Positions 62,949-64,000 of a DNA stretch of 64,000 bases are shown one piece after another (position 1 is the first letter of the stretch; the number at the start of each line of letters is the position of its first letter). The stretch comes from Octopus vulgaris (lineage: Eukaryota). The position numbers and the translations under genes were made by a program. The stretch covers positions 32,922,001-32,986,000 of the forward strand of contig OX597814.1 in the NCBI GenBank assembly GCA_951406725.2, read 5' to 3'. The notes under the pieces were generated by a model, which did no database searches, was not told where the DNA came from, and saw only the letters and a program-made list of their open reading frames with translations.

Positions 62949-64000
62949 GTATGTATATTTATATATAAATATATAATGATACATTCATACATACTTACAT
63001 ACATACATACGTGCATATACCATCAGATATGTCCGTATTAAACACTGATGTAATGCACTCAGTTGTAATCTCTTACTAATGCTAAAGCTGTTATATGTGC
63101 ACCATTCGCAGGAAAACATATTCTACTGTTGTTCTAGGGAAAGACACCTATTCTACCTCTTGCTTTCTACATACCTTTGAAGCTCAGCCTTTATCTACTA
63201 TAATCAATATCTCTGAATTGCCAAAAGTCATGCATTTTGGAGTGTACCTCTAGTGTGCAAGTTGAACCGATAAATACATGCATAATACGCGCTCAAACAC
63301 AATATGATATAAAATAATATAAAAATTAGATAGATACATACATGTGTCGTTTTATTCCATGACTGTTTTGATGATCAAAATAATTGAAGCAGTGGTGAAG
63401 GAAAGCAAGCAGCCAGTTAATAAATATATTGTCAGTTGGACAGACCTATAGCGTCAGGTAGTTAAAAGCTACAGTAACCCTTGCACACTGTTAGTTGAAA
63501 CAAAAGTGTTATTCATTTAAGAGTATTGATTTTGAAAACGATTTCTCCTGAACACGTAATTTCATTTCGCCAATGCCAGAAGGTGGTACAACGTCCGAAT
63601 GAACTAGGTCAGTTAATCGTATGAGTGACTATCACGAATACTTGGCACAATAGTTCATGAGTTCATACTTAGCTGCTGGCGATGCATTTTGTCCTAAGGC
63701 AAGTCAATTAACTCGACTAGCCTCCGTCTATCTAGCTGAAAAATCATCTATCAATCCATCTGGGAAGTTGAAGAGTGTTAGGCTGGTGTCCTATCCCGAG
63801 GGAGAATTCTCTCTCATCTGTTTAACGATACGGAAATAAGAGATGAGAGCTGGTCCTATGAGTCATAATGGCTTGAGAAAAGAGTATAAGTGATGTTGAA
63901 TGTTTCTTTCAGGGTTAATATTTATTCTATATAGTTATTTATTTTATTTATTTATTTATTTATTTATTTTATCAACATTGGTTTATTTCACTGTATCACC

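Overview
Eukaryotic, very AT-rich, microsatellite-dense DNA made almost entirely of transposable-element debris; the SINE families and repeat landscape look like an octopus/coleoid cephalopod genome (inference). Most entries in the ORF track are translations of (TA)n/(CA)n/(TAGG)n repeats. Supported features: an initiator tRNA-Met-like gene; a 5'-truncated Naiad-type Penelope-like element (PLE) with an uninterrupted RT+GIY-YIG frame; other PLE fragments; a full-length mariner and a full-length maT (DD37D-type) element; Tx1/L1, R4/Dong-like, CR1-like and RTE-like LINE relics; two hAT relics; non-autonomous Helitrons; MITEs; and about 20 tRNA-derived SINEs of three families. The most unusual signal is a dense population of short non-coding elements in (TA)n/(AAT)n tracts that carry hammerhead-ribozyme (HHR) motifs and inverted arms. 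One of these brackets a near-perfect inverted copy of 830 bp of neighbouring genomic DNA, and several other local templated duplications occur. No host protein-coding gene is firmly identifiable, only a weak chain of candidate minus-strand exons. Boundaries of degraded elements are approximate, and all folds were read by eye, not computed.
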